Below are positions 36,921 through 49,643 of a DNA stretch of 64,000 nucleotides, piece after piece. Source of the DNA: Lama glama (taxonomy: Eukaryota). The DNA is taken from contig CM052817.1 in the NCBI GenBank assembly GCA_028534125.1, positions 13,766,001-13,830,000 on the forward strand. Direction: 5' to 3'. The position numbers and the translations under genes were made by a program. Each line of letters opens with the position of its first letter. The first letter of the stretch is position 1. The notes under the pieces are model-generated. The model had not been told where the DNA came from, searched no databases, and worked only from the letters and a program-made list of their open reading frames with translations.

Positions 36921-37088
36921 AGCTCACAGTGAAAAAAAAAGAATGCAACAATGAATATATGCATGTTCATGTATAACTGAAAAAGTGTGCTCTAAACTGG
37001 AATTTGACACAACATTGTAAAATGACTATAACTCAATAAAAATGTAAAAAAAAAAAAGAACGTAAAGAATAAAAAAAAAAAGAGACAG
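36921..37088 (+). mobile_element. Short L1 3' end of the same family, with TSD
   Basis: 'agctcacag...gtataactgaaaaagtgtgctctaaactggaatttgacacaacattgtaaaatg' plus poly(A). Flanked by agaggataaca (36911-36921) and agacgataaca (37089-37099). Confidence 0.85.
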
Positions 37089-39689
37089 AGACGATAACAA
37101 TGTTTATGGAGTTTCCATTATCTACATCCCCTAGTTCCAACACAATTAGAAATTTTGTATTTGTAAACATTATATCTCAAGACCACATTATCCTGAAAAA
37201 GGACAGTGGGGTCAAGACAAGAATCATCAAACAGCGTATCTGCCTTGGCCCTCATTGTCTCTGGCAGGATATCTACACCACCTCTTTTAAACATGACTTG
37301 CAAGTATCCTGGGAGTTTTCTGGTGTATGTCATGTATGTTCACAAATATAATCACCTTAGCTGCCGAGAAACACCTGATGGCTTCCTACTCTTTGCTCAG
37401 TCTCTCTTTCAACTATGACTGTTATTAGAGCTGCTGACAGTCATAAAATACAGCTAAACCACTTCTGTTTTGCCTACAGCATCAGGAATGTTGGACACAC
37501 AGGTAAATTTATGTAAAAAACCTTCTTTACTTAAAGCTGATGTATAAGTGTGTCAAGTCAGCCTATACCTACAGCTTAGAACACCCACGGCACTCTAACC
37601 AGGAATTAGAACTCCAGAGATGATTGCTTAAGCACTTTGAATGATGTTATTAAACTCTACACCAGATGGTTTGTTGGCAAAATATTAGGGAAAAAAAAAG
37701 TCTCTTTGAATAAATGCAGGCTCAATGCTACCAAATTTGGGCACAGACTAAGAAGTTTTTTGTTTGGTTCTATTTATTTTTGTGGTGTTAGATTTTATAT
37801 TTGCTTTTTCAGTGCAGTCCTCTCTCCATAGTCCTAAGATATAAGAACTTAGTTCTAAACTGAAAGACCAGAGCGGCTGGCCCCACGTGATACTCATCCT
37901 CTGGCCCTGATTTTTTAGATTCAAAGTCTTTTGCACATCTCTACACTTTCTTACTTTAAAAGTTATTTTCAGGAAGAACCCTGGTTCTCTTAAGCAAATA
38001 GACCCCTGTTAGGCCTGTGCTATGATGCCTGCAAGCATCCCCCACATAGCAGGGAGGAACCCCCCTACCTTATTTCTACAGAGAGAAATGAAACTTTTTC
38101 TATATATTCAGAGTCTAAGTGACTAGGGGTTCAAATAAACAGAATGTAGGAAAAGAAGGAATCTTGAAATTAAAAGTATCTTCAAGGAAATATCAAATTA
38201 TATTTAGTAGAGCTTTACTACTGAGACTTATTTTTGTAAATTGCCCTGACTCCCCCATTCATGGAGTTCTGTGTGGAGAAACTTAAAATCATACGTTAAA
38301 TATGGTAGATCTTTCTTTAGTATCAATTTTATCAAGCTATTTTTGGCAGGATGAAGAAAAGGTTTTGTTTTACTTTTAATAAATATAACCATAAGTATAC
38401 TATGGATCAGAGTGCATAGTTTGGCTTGGGTTTCTAACAGAAGTCTTTGAAGAAATTTTGCATGTGTGGTCAGCCACTAGTTTAAGCCCCCAAACCTCTC
38501 AGGAAAATTTAGATAAATATTAAAAATATCACACTGGGGACTGTTAATAGACATAAAAGCTTTTTTACCCAAATATGAATTTTTTTATATTTTAATTTTA
38601 AAACATTAATCCCTGGGATTGAGGCAGAGTAGGAGCAGGGGAAAGGAAGATCATTGGTTTCAAAGAATAAAGAGGCCACAAAAATCAACACTAATAAATG
38701 TAGTTTGGACCTGGTGGAACCTGAACTTAACTGCAGATGATATGTGGTATATATTGTAGTTGTGTGTTTTAAATTTAATTGCCAGAATTTTATTGGACAT
38801 GTGGAAAACAAAACACCAAAATTAATTTTAAAATACATTTATAATATTTATAATGCATCTATGGCTTATGTTCAGCTGAAATATATTTTCCACATGTAAA
38901 AGATAAATTTCTCCTTTTATGGATATAAAAGTTTGATTCATATTTCTAATTCTTCTTTAATTCACAGTCAGATATTTCCTAAACCTCCAACAGCTGTATT
39001 TAACCGAGAGTAGATTTAATTTTTAAGTGGAAAAATGGCTTATGAGGTAGAAACAAGCTTTGCCTTAATATGCCAACTATTTTTCTTTCCTGAGCTTTAA
39101 CTTGTAATCCTGAGGATGGCAATATTTTTCAATTCAATTGCCCTCAATAACTAAGGTGTCAACTGGTCCAGGTTTGAGTTACAAATAAATCTACACAAAT
39201 GCTTCCATTTTCTTTATTGATTCCTTTTGCAAACTTCTAATTATGCTTTCAGGTGGCCAAATCCAACTGCAACCACTGCAAAGTGAAATTATCTAAATCA
39301 TTGGGATAAAGGAGTCTTATCTCGTATGAAATAGTGAACAACGTTTTCCTAAAACAACTGTTAACAAGCCCCTAAAAAAACAGTGACCTACGTAGACTCA
39401 ATAAGAGCAAATTTTGCAGAACAAAACAGTGCCCTGTACTGACAAAGGATTCCTTCTCCTTGCTAGAGACATTTAAGAGTTCCAAAGCAGGGCTGCTCTT
39501 GGGCAGCTACAGCCAAGCATCAGTCCTTAATGGGCAGTTTTTAAACCATCATACTTGTAATTGGCATGAAGATGTGTCCACATACTATATAAAAGCTGAA
39601 TGCATTTTTTGAAGAGTTGAGAAGATCAAAAGTCATGCAGAATCACTGGGTCAGGAGAATCCAGGACTCACAAAATTGCACAAAAAAGG

Positions 39690-39910
39690 GTAGGGATTAA
39701 GAACACGGATTTAGGGTCAGAAAGTCTGGACTTGAGCCTGACCCTTCTTCTAGCTTGGGGCCCTTTGCCAGGTCACCAAACAATTGCTTGTTTGTAGAGT
39801 AGGGACAGTCATCATTAGCTCCATGCTTCCCGGGCAGAATAAATGTGATAATGCACATAGAGGGGCTTAGAGCACTTGGCTCTCAGTATCTGCTCAGTTA
39901 ATGGTGGCTC
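39690..39910 (+). mobile_element. MIR SINE
   Basis: 'gattaagaacacggatttagggtcagaaagtctggacttgagcctg...agagcacttggctctcagtatctgctcagttaatgg'. Confidence 0.7.
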
Positions 39911-40059
39911 TTCCAAGATTCCGAATACTGGTAGCGAGCTGACATTTCTACAAGAGCTTTTCCCCTTTCTTTGGGCAACTGGGAATGTATGCCCTGCAAA
40001 CTCTGATCATTTAATCAATATAACTTAATTTAGAATAGCTATCTAAATTTCCTAAGAGC

Positions 40060-40300
40060 CAACATCTAGTGAGAACTTACTATGTACCAGGCTCTATTCA
40101 GAATGTTTTAATTGAATTAATTTATTTCATATTCACATTAACTATATAAGGTAGGAACTAATATGTTATTTTACAGAGAAACATAACACAGTTGGAGGAT
40201 TGCCTTGTATTGCAAAATTAGTGGGAGATCTCAGAGCTGCAAAAGATAGGCTCAGAATGCAGAAAATCTAACACACGAGCACATGTTCTATTGCCTCTCC
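40060..40300 (-). mobile_element. MIR SINE
   Basis: 'aacatctagtgagaacttactatgtaccaggc...aggtaggaact...attttacagagaa'. Confidence 0.7.
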
Positions 40301-40449
40301 TACTGGGATGTAATGTCTTTATGGGAAAGATAATTATGAATGTTTCTTTGAAGCCCTGTAAGCACTCAACATGGTGTCCTGGTATCGCATACATATTGGT
40401 CTTCAAGAAGCTCTTCATTTACTTAAGGAGATTGAATGTGCAAAGATAA

Positions 40450-41225
40450 TAAAACACAATACCATTTATAAAACCCTGCTCTGTTCCAGGTACTGGGTTC
40501 AGTGCATTTTTGACCTTGTTTAATCCTCAAACTGACTTTACACCATAGGTGTGCTTACCCACAGGTAACACTCAGTGTTTCCACTTGTAAACACAGACTC
40601 CACTTGTACTAAGTTAGGGCAAAAACAGATTTCATAAAAGGATATTCCTTAGCTCTGAGTATTACTGAGAGAGTGGTAGCACCATTCCTGAGTGACTCTT
40701 GGGTGACTCCAATTCAGTGCCCGACCGCACCCCCAGGACTGCTGCCGGGAGCAGCACGGAGACTTGCACAGCTAACGCTGGCCACCTAAATACCCAGCGT
40801 GTCCCTCCTTGGAGCCTGAGTGACTCTACCATCACCCTCAACAGAAGTGCATTCTTAGCGGCACCTGTTTCCTCACATTCAAATCAAAGTCTTGTGATGG
40901 TGCACGATTGACTGATGGAGGATTAAGTCAGATGTCTGAGCCCTAGCTGCAAGGGAAGCTGAAAAGTGAGTGTGTAGTTTAAATTTGGAGAGGGATCCTC
41001 ATAAGACGGGGATTCTCCAATTACATGAAAGGTATTTTTAAAAGTTCTAGGCAAGAAAAAAAATAAAACCACACTTGGAACATATCCACTGTGCCTCCAT
41101 TTTACAGATGAGGAGGAGAGTGTGGCTCAGAGGTTAGATCCTCTGTTCCACAATGCACGTGTAGCAAGCAGCATACTGGGCATATAGGCGTAGATCTGAC
41201 TGTCTCTGGCTGTTGTTCCACCACT
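40450..41225 (-). mobile_element. MIR interrupted by an old MLT1-type LTR (~40565-41092)
   Basis: MIR text at 40450-40560 resumes at ~41094 ('cctccattttacagatgagg'). The insert contains 'gccctagctgcaagggaagctgaaaagtgag', typical of late MLT1 families. Confidence 0.7.
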
Positions 41226-42149
41226 CGAGGTTGTCTCCCACACAAACAAAGAACAGGACCGTTTATCTGAGTGGTGCAAACAGTCAGCAACGATGGAAGT
41301 TCAGAGGAGGAAGGCTCTCTTCTCTGGGGTGATCCCAAAAGGCCCCTGGGAAGAAACATCATTTGGACAGCTTTCTAGAATTCTAACGACAAGACAATAA
41401 GAAATCAATTTTAGGAATGGTTTAGTTCACATCCTTCTATGGAGGAGGAAAACTGAAGCTCAAAGAAAAAAACTGTTTTGTCCATGATTATAGCCTCTTA
41501 GTGAATGTAGCTTAAAACCCAAGCATGTGACAGTAGGTCCAGTACTATGTGCAGAGAGCTGCTGACCTCGGCTGGGTGAGTTCACTTCCTAAATCGTATC
41601 TCCAGCAGAACTGTGACTGGACTTTCTTTGAATTGATAAGCAGAGTAGGAGAGAAAAGAAACTCACATGCTGCAATCTGAACAAAGAAGAAAGGCTTCTA
41701 TTTTGTATGTGGTTTCTCATCAAATATTTCTTGCCCAGCTGCGCCCAAGGAGGTAAAAGTTCTTGCTTATGACAAAGAGCTTTTCTTGTCTCTGTACACT
41801 TCACTCATTTTCTGCTAATGCCAAGTATAGAAGGCAGGGAAAGAAAAGGTCGGCGGCTGCCTTCTGCTTAATGGGCCACTGAGGTCCTTAAGTGCTCACA
41901 TGGCCCGTCCCAGAAAATGTCAGATTGCCCCCTTACAAATCTTAGTTGGCTGTTAGTTGAATGGCTCTATTGTCCAGGCAATAGGTCCACTCAACTTTTG
42001 CTTCTCTTTTTAACATACACATAGTCAACAAACTTGGGCACAAAATAATGGAAAGGCTAACCTCTCTGTTTTATGGACAGGGTGTGTCTTCTCTGGCCTG
42101 AGGCATGATGAAGTTTCTGAGAAGAAGTTTGCTATTTTAGGAAAATCAA

Positions 42150-42320
42150 AGGCTTGGAGGTTAGACAGTCCTGTGGTTAAATCACAGCTCTACCCCTCCT
42201 GATGTGTGACCTTGGACTAAAGATTTAGACTGTTTGAGACACAATTTGGTTCTCTGCAAGATTAGAAATAATGTCAGTACTTGACATTTATTAGTGATTT
42301 GTTATGCATGAGAAATGATC
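42150..42320 (+). mobile_element. MIR SINE
   Basis: 'ttggaggttagacagtcctgtggttaaatcacagctctacc...tgtgtgaccttggac'. Confidence 0.75.
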
Positions 42321-42524
42321 AGTTTTACTCTTTATTTTCCTTACTCCTTTAACCAAAACTGGTCTCATCTGATAAGCTTTCATCAGCTTTCCAGCATTTG
42401 ATGTTTACATGATAAGTGCTATGCATAAAAATGCATTAGTAATATTAATGCATGTAATTTTCAGAAATTTTCTGAAGATGTAATTTTGTTAACCTCCTCT
42501 TGAAAGATAGGGACAATGAGCATT

Positions 42525-43002
42525 CCCTCAGCTGTACTAAGCCTCAAGCAAGTTTACTCCTGACCCCAGGCTCCTGACCTCCCTTTTCTTAGAGCAAGTA
42601 CTTTACAAACCTTAAATTTTTTCTATGCCTCTTTGAGATGTAAATCTTCTATAACCTAGAAATGTCTTTCTCAAGAACCTGATTATATTTCATCTGAAAT
42701 GTAATCATCAACAGAGATAGGCCTTCTATTTCCAATCCCTGGGGAGAGTAGGAGCCTGACTTCCAGAAGCAACAATCACCAAACACAGATGGCCCTAATA
42801 ACATTGACCAACCACTCTCCCTAATGCTCCAGTACTTTTCCATTAGCTCACTCCAACATTTAAAAATCCTCTCACCTTTTATCTCAGAGGAGTTGAGTTT
42901 ACTCTCTCTTCTCTATTGCAGTAGTCTTGATTCTGGTCGCAATACTCTTGAATAAAGCTTTCCTTGCCTGCTAAATTTGTCCAGTGAAATTTTTCTTTTA
43001 CA
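42525..43002 (+). mobile_element. ERV1-class solo LTR (MER89/MER34-like)
   Basis: 'ctttgagatgtaaatcttct...gaaatgtaatcatcaacagagatag...aggagttgagtt...ttgaataaagctttccttgcc...ttctttaca'. Confidence 0.8.
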
Positions 43003-45344
43003 CTGGCCCAAAGTTACCCAGTTGGACAAGGCAAAGCTGAGATACGTGTCAGATCATTTGTGCTCCTTTCATATGGACTTGAGAGGGGATTTAAGTACAA
43101 GATGGTAGCCTGAATTCTTACCCTTAGTAGGGCATTATCCTGCAAGCATAATTTAATTCAGATGGCTTTGATTTTTTACTTCTGAAAAGTGAGAAAGTTG
43201 GACTACATTCCTGGCTTCATAGCTGAATCTGGCGTCCCCCTACAAGCCACCATAGACAGGGGAATAGGGGACCAAGAGGAGTCTACATGGGGGCTCCAAG
43301 ATCATCTATATTTAATAAATAAAATTAACTGGGGTCAGGTTCTGACTTATTACAAAGAAACAGGTACTGTTGCAGCTGAAAAAAATGTAACTATTGCATT
43401 CCGACATTTTTATGGGATCTTTTAATTCTAATATTTTGAGACTCTTTCCAAACTTCAAAGCCCATCCTAGGCTATCAAAACATATACAGCACTTCTCTCC
43501 TTCCCTCAGGGTCTGCTTTCAAGACGTCAGTTATCTCATATGTTAATACAATACTGTTGCTGGTAGATAGGTATCCAGTGAGTAGATACTTCTAAGACAA
43601 TACGTATTTACATTTTGACAGGCTCTTACCTTGGACACAATTTCCAAATCCATTAAAAAAATCACTTCAGTAGAGAGAATTCCAGATCTCCAGATCAGGA
43701 TAACTGGTGCAATTAACTTAATTATTCAAGTTATTGAGTGCCTACTGTAAGCAGATATTGCTTAGGCATTTCAGTGTAGAGTGAAAATAAAGTGGCCCTT
43801 GACCTCATAAGAATACAATCTAGTAGAAGAACTTTCTTCCATTCTAAGAGTACTATGCCAAAGCACTCTTAGAATTCTAAATTTTAAAAAGCAGAACTGC
43901 TGTTTGGGTTCTTTGCCATTTCAGTTCAATAAGAATGCTTTAAATATAAAGTATGTGCATGATGTCTTACATCATACATTATGGGTAACAGGTGATTATG
44001 CAATTCCCAAGCACAGAAAAGCTTCTATCTTTTCTCTCTGACCCTCCACCTTGCATGCACCTTGCACATATTAAGGGTTAAAACATGGATATTAAATGCA
44101 TCAGTGAATATTTAAAAATTACTTGCGGCATTAACATTATAGCACATATAAAAAGCAAACTTTAAACAAAGTTTCCAATTATTTTGCCACTTTCCACAAG
44201 CTATTATATTTTTCCAAATTAAATTCAGCATTCAACCGTTAACCTTAGCTTGAACAAGCCCTATCTATTAGCATGCCCCTGGTAGGTTTATCAAAAACAT
44301 CTTTTCACTATTAAAGCCTCAACTTAGTTCAGCTACAAATCCCTGTGGACTTACTTAGCATAAGATACTATCATTTCCATCTTCATTACAATATATTTTA
44401 ATTATCTGCCTCAGAAATAAGGTCCCACCTCTTAATGAAAGTGGTTAGTCTGGGGGATCCAAAGGGCATAAGGCAGTTTCAAGACTTACTCTTGATTATA
44501 TATGCAATTGTAAGTTAGAAAATATGCTTGAAAGTCAATGTAAGTTCTTACACCTTTTTCTCTAGTTGAAAAACATAAATGTGACAGAATAGAGATTTTA
44601 TTGTTTCCGTTTTACTTCTTTTCCAAAGCAGTGTTTTTCAAACTTGATGATGGTGCATCCAAGTGTCACCTAGCTTCATCTGGTGTCAGTTCCATTATTA
44701 CTACTAGAGTTCATATGAAGGCTGCGGATTTATAGATCTAGGTTTAGTTCCAGGTATAGTAACCACGTGTCCTTAACAGTTCCTCAAGTTTCATGAGCTT
44801 AATTTCTTAATTTGTAGTCCTATTTTGGGGGCTTGGTGAGGGAATTAAATAACATAATACAATTAAAGTCTTAGCCTCATTCCTGGCATGTGATTGGTAT
44901 TCAGAAGTGTTAGTATTCATACTACTTCGCTTGCTTTCCCTTAAAAGTGCATTACTGTAAAAGTCTATCTCCTCAGGCCTTTAACTGCGTTCCTAAGTTC
45001 TCAGTCTCATCAGATGACTACATCTCCTGTGCTACCAGAAAGACGAATTATCAGAAGAGGACTCCCTCTACTTCTCCTCTTCTAACACCAAACTCCTGTG
45101 TCTTCTACCGTCTTTCTCTCTTCCTTTCGATCTTAGAGGAATTAAAGCCTAGATCCTTTAAAAGACCCATTTCTCAGGACAAGGTTTACCCATTCCACTT
45201 GCTCTTCCATCAGGCCTTGCTCCATCATTCTCTGTCCTTTTAGTGAAGCTTCTGACTTTCTACTTACTTTGGTTCACTTCCCTTAACCCTGAAAGTAGTC
45301 TTAGCCATATTCAATCCACAAATTATACTTCCCTTAAATCTATG

Positions 45345-45750
45345 CTAAGAAAATAAAAGAGATGTCTCTAAATATTTTTGCTCAAGGATGGCCATTGTGG
45401 AAACATAGTAGCAAACACTGGAAAATGCCCAAATGGCCAAGAATATAGATTGGTTAAATACATTAAGATATATATATGTGGAGAGAGAGAGAGAGAGAGA
45501 TGCTGGAATGTTTTGGAAAATTAACAAATGACATGGGAAAAATGTTAGTCATGAGCAAATATCTCAGATTTGTTTTAAAAATCATATAAATTAGTATGTG
45601 TGTGTGCATGTGTGTGGGTCGATACAATGAAAAAAGATTAGAATGTCATTTTTGGCTCGTGAGATCAGGGTGCTTTAATTTTCTCTGAATTTTCTACATT
45701 TCTTACAACAAATTTATGCTAATCTTATACTAGATAAGAAAACAATGCTT
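45345..45750 (+). mobile_element. Degenerate L1ME fragment with (GA)n and (TG)n tracts
   Basis: 'aaacactggaaaatgcccaaatggcc...gattggttaaatacatta', 'atgacatgggaaaatgtt'. Confidence 0.55.
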
Positions 45751-46519
45751 TTTTTGTACCTTGTCCTCTTCCAAATGACATCTTATTTATTTTTTTCTTT
45801 TAGCTATCCATCTCCTTAAAATACAGTCTACATCATCTGCCATTTAATCTTGACCCCAATGCCAACTCATGGAGCCCCCTCTATGGCTCATGCACTGTGC
45901 AAAGGACAGAGCAGGTCACTGAGGTAACAGTGATGGTGGTGGCTGAGGATAATAAATTTTCAGATAATAAATTTTTTTTTTCCATCAAGGACTTGTAACA
46001 GGCTGCTAAGAAATCAAGTAATCTTTCCATTGCATCTAATTATTCAAGCAGGAAGTCCGCAAAGAACACAAATACACTGAAATGTTTATGATGACACCAT
46101 TTTTAATAAATGCCTAAAAACACAATTGCCCAAACTCTCATAAATCTGACTTCTGTGTCCTTCCAGAATCCATAAATAAATACTTAAAATGCTCTTAAAG
46201 TAACTCCAGATTAATTACGTGAATCAGACTTCCAGTTCCAGAGTTTATGACTAGAATTCCAATAATGCTTTTTTATTTATGTTGTTTATAAACAAGAAAA
46301 AAGATTGATTTATAATAACAAATACTAAAATAACTGTGTGTCTAGAGTTCTACTTTAGAAATATTAAAATATAAGTTTTTTAATGTTGGCGAGTTGCAAT
46401 GGTTTCTCTCCTCCATGTGCTCCCCCACACCCCTCCTACTTTGAATACTTCTAGGCAAATATACATAAGAATGACTAAATTAGGCCTTCACAGATAGCCC
46501 ATCTCAATTAAAAATGCAA

Positions 46520-46521
<2 letters not shown>

Positions 46522-46568
<47 letters not shown>
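46522..46568. repeat. (TATC)11 / GATA tetranucleotide microsatellite
   Basis: 11 perfect TATC units at 46522-46565, plus TAT. Confidence 0.98.
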
Positions 46569-47159
46569 AGTATCTCCATGTAGTGAATACAACACTGACC
46601 ACAACGTGTTTATATAGTAACATCCTAATCTTCTGATTACAGGGATATACTTAGAGGCTTATATTAGAAAGAAGGATCTGTTTTAAATTCAGACTCCAGG
46701 TAGAGTGACTTCTTCCACTAAGGCAACCTCTTTGCTAATTTTAGTATATACTAGGTTTCAAACACTGAGGATATAACTTGAAACAACGTGATGTGACATT
46801 TACATAGCAATTACAGTATATTCTTGTGCAGTAGTGGCACCTGAGATGGGCACTCAACCTGACTTGGGGGTTAGGAATACATTCCTGAAGCTGAGAACTA
46901 AAGAGTTAGTCTAAGAAGGGGTCAGGGTAGACTGACAAGCTTTGTCAATTAATATTATTTGATTAAATGTCCTTGACTTGCCTGGCTCCACACCTGAAAA
47001 GAGGAGAGGAAAAATCAGCCACTCTCTAGACATTAAAGTTGAAACTTCTCTTAAGACTGATTATCAGTGGTATTTCAGATCACATGTTACATCCTCTGGT
47101 TTGCTCATCACGAAGTTTCCCCTGGAGGAGGGGGCATTACCTAGACCACACTCTGACTC

Positions 47160-47255
47160 TCATTTATCTGTTCATCCACCCATCCACCCACTCATCCATC
47201 CATTCCTCCATCCATCTATCCATCTGTTCATCCATTCATCCAACCATCCATTCAA
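47160..47255. repeat. Degenerate (CCAT)n/(TCAT)n tract at an antisense L2 tail
   Basis: 'ttcatccacccatccacccactcatccatccattcctccatccatctatccatctg...'. Confidence 0.85.
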
Positions 47256-48139
47256 ACTAACCATATGTACCTTATAAACTACATGGTGTCATGCTTGATA
47301 TTGTGATCATAAAAAGCTGCAAAACTACTCTACTTAGGGAGTTTTCAATCTAATAGACAGCTTAAGTCAAGCACCAGTGGTCGGTACATGCAGAATGCTA
47401 AGAAAGTTCAGAGACTCCATGTATTTGAATAAGCGTGAGCCCTGCCTCCTTTTCGACAACTAGGCAGCTTTTCTTCTGCCCTCGCTGCATTCACTGCATA
47501 TACCATTACTACAGACACCATAATTCTTTTCTTTGGGCCTTTAGCGTTCATTGTGGGAACATTATTTATCAGATAGTAAAATCTTGAAACTTAATAAAAC
47601 AAACATAGAAGAGATTTATGACTAACACTGGTACAATTGTGCCCTTGGGTCAACCATTTGCTTTACTAAATGCCAAAGAGTCTCCAGTTTCTAGCAATAA
47701 AACATGATTTCATTCGCCTTCAGCACTGTTAGAATGCCTCTACGGTAGCTCTTAGTCAGAGGAAATATAATTATGGCTATACCTTCACTGATACTGGATG
47801 CTGTAAGTGGACATTCAGACCAATTAGAAAGAAGAATGTCTGGAAAAGAATGCTCAAGAGAAAGAAAGCCGTTGGCCTTTCAATGACAGAATAAGTCAAG
47901 GATATTTGGAATATTAGATGCAGGTCACCTATGTACACGGTGAAATATCTTGAGAAATGCTGTAGAAGTTATGAATAAGGAAAACTTTTTAGCACACACA
48001 GCCTGGATGATGGAAGGGTTTGCCTCATTTCCTTGCTCAAAGCCATCCAGTGACTGCTTACTGCAATTAGAATGGGGCTCTTCGGAGGGACTGGCAGAGT
48101 GTTTGCAGCACCAGATAAGATATTTTCTCATTCTTTGCC

Positions 48140-49080
48140 TTCCTATTTAAGGCTCTGCAGGATCAGGGCCCTGCTACCTCTTATACATCATCCCCTCCAC
48201 ATCTTTTTCTCCACACTCCAATGGCAGGAGCCGTCGTTCTGCTCCCTGAACCTTCTCAAACATTCCTCTTGCCTCTGCATTTGCTGTGCCTTCTGCCTGG
48301 GAGGCTCTTCCTCCTCGATCTCTGCAGAATGGATTCTCTCTTAATATTCAGATCTCAGCTCTAATGTTAGCTCCTCAGACACCTCTCTGGCTACCCAGTC
48401 AGGAGGAGCCCAACTCCTCTATCATCCTCCCCTCGCTCCTCCCAGACCGCCACACCCTATGCCTACTGTTACATTTGACTTTCCTTATGGCTTATTTGGT
48501 AAACTATTTCACAATAATTGTAAAGTAATTACTTGTTACTGTAAATTACTGTCGATCTGCTGGTTAGTAGGCTTGTCTACTGTTTTCTTGTTTATTGAGA
48601 GGTAGTAGAGAGCAGAGGTCAAGAACAGGCGCTGGAGTCAGCTTGGGTTTTGAATCTCATCTCTACCACTCATTGTTTGGATGACCACAGGCAAGTTACT
48701 TAACTTCCCTGCGCTTCAATGTCTTCATGAACAAAATTGGGATAGAAATAGTACCTACCTAATAGGGCTGTTATGAGAATTAAATAAACTAATCAAAAGA
48801 AATCACCTGGAATAGAGCTTGGCACAGAGCAGCACTAAGTAAATCAGTAGTAGCAGTAGTAGTAGTAATAGTAATAGTGGTAGTAATAGTAATAGTAGTA
48901 GCAGCAGCACTAAGTAGGTCAGTGGCAGTAGCGGTAGTAGCAGTAGCAATTGTCCTCTCCATCCGTTAGAACGACAGGAGTAGACATTGAACCCTCTAGG
49001 TCAGTGTCAAATCCCTGGAATCTGGCACAGCATCTGGCTATAGTGGATACTCAGTCAGTACTGGCTGACTAAATGTTTTA
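48140..49080 (+). mobile_element. L2 3' region interrupted by a MIR (~48600-48845) and an (AGT/AGC)n tract (48848-48948)
   Basis: L2 'catttgctgtgccttctgcctgggaggctcttcc'; MIR 'ggcaagttacttaacttccctgcgcttcaatgtcttcatgaacaaaattgggatag'; L2 end 'tctggcacagcatctggctatagtggatactcag'. Confidence 0.75.
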
Positions 49081-49194
49081 CAGGAGAATTCCCTGAGGAA
49101 GATAAGAAATGTTCAGGGGACTAGATCTGAAAAAGCAGTTTAAACCAGTGATGAAAGGAAAGTCATTGTTACATAATGATGGGGGAGAGACGGG

Positions 49195-49442
49195 GAAGCG
49201 TTAGCACAGTTAGCTGTAACCTGGTATTAATGAGGCCAGGCGTTAGGTTTGACACCTCTGTATGTTCCACTTCGGTTTGCTCTCTCCTGTGATCACTTAC
49301 TCGGCTTTCCTACTGCTAGTAAGCCTGTCTTATTCACGAACGCCTGGAAGCAGGGAGAAAGCAAATGAAGAAATAAACATCTACCAATTACGACTAAGGA
49401 AAATTCACCTGAAAACGTGTTCCTTCTAAACAGTGGGGGTGC
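49195..49442 (+). mobile_element. MamSINE1-like ancient tRNA-derived SINE
   Basis: 'gttagcacagttagctgtaacctggtattaatgaggccagg...ggtttgacacctctgtatg' aligns to a tRNA-Ile-like head. It is followed by 'tttgctctctcctgtgatcac', similar to the MamSINE1 body as recalled. Confidence 0.55.
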
Positions 49443-49622
49443 TTCTCGCACTGGGAACATGGCAAGAGACTTCAGTGCTAGCTCTCCGCTGAGTGCAAAC
49501 CAGCTAACACACAGGACCCCATACCAGTGACATTTCCGGTGCTTAACGTCTCCCTCCCGAGACTAAAGTTGAAATTTGAGAAATTGGGAAGTTTTAGTCT
49601 TCTCCTTTCCTGAAATATTTTT

Positions 49623-49643
49623 AGCTGCCACCAGGTGGTACTA
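49623..49643. promoter_or_regulatory. Palindromic CTCF-like motif
   Basis: Core CCACC-A-GGTGG. Plus strand CTGCCACCAGGTGGTACTA and minus strand GTACCACCTGGTGGCAGCT each have one core mismatch. Confidence 0.5.
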
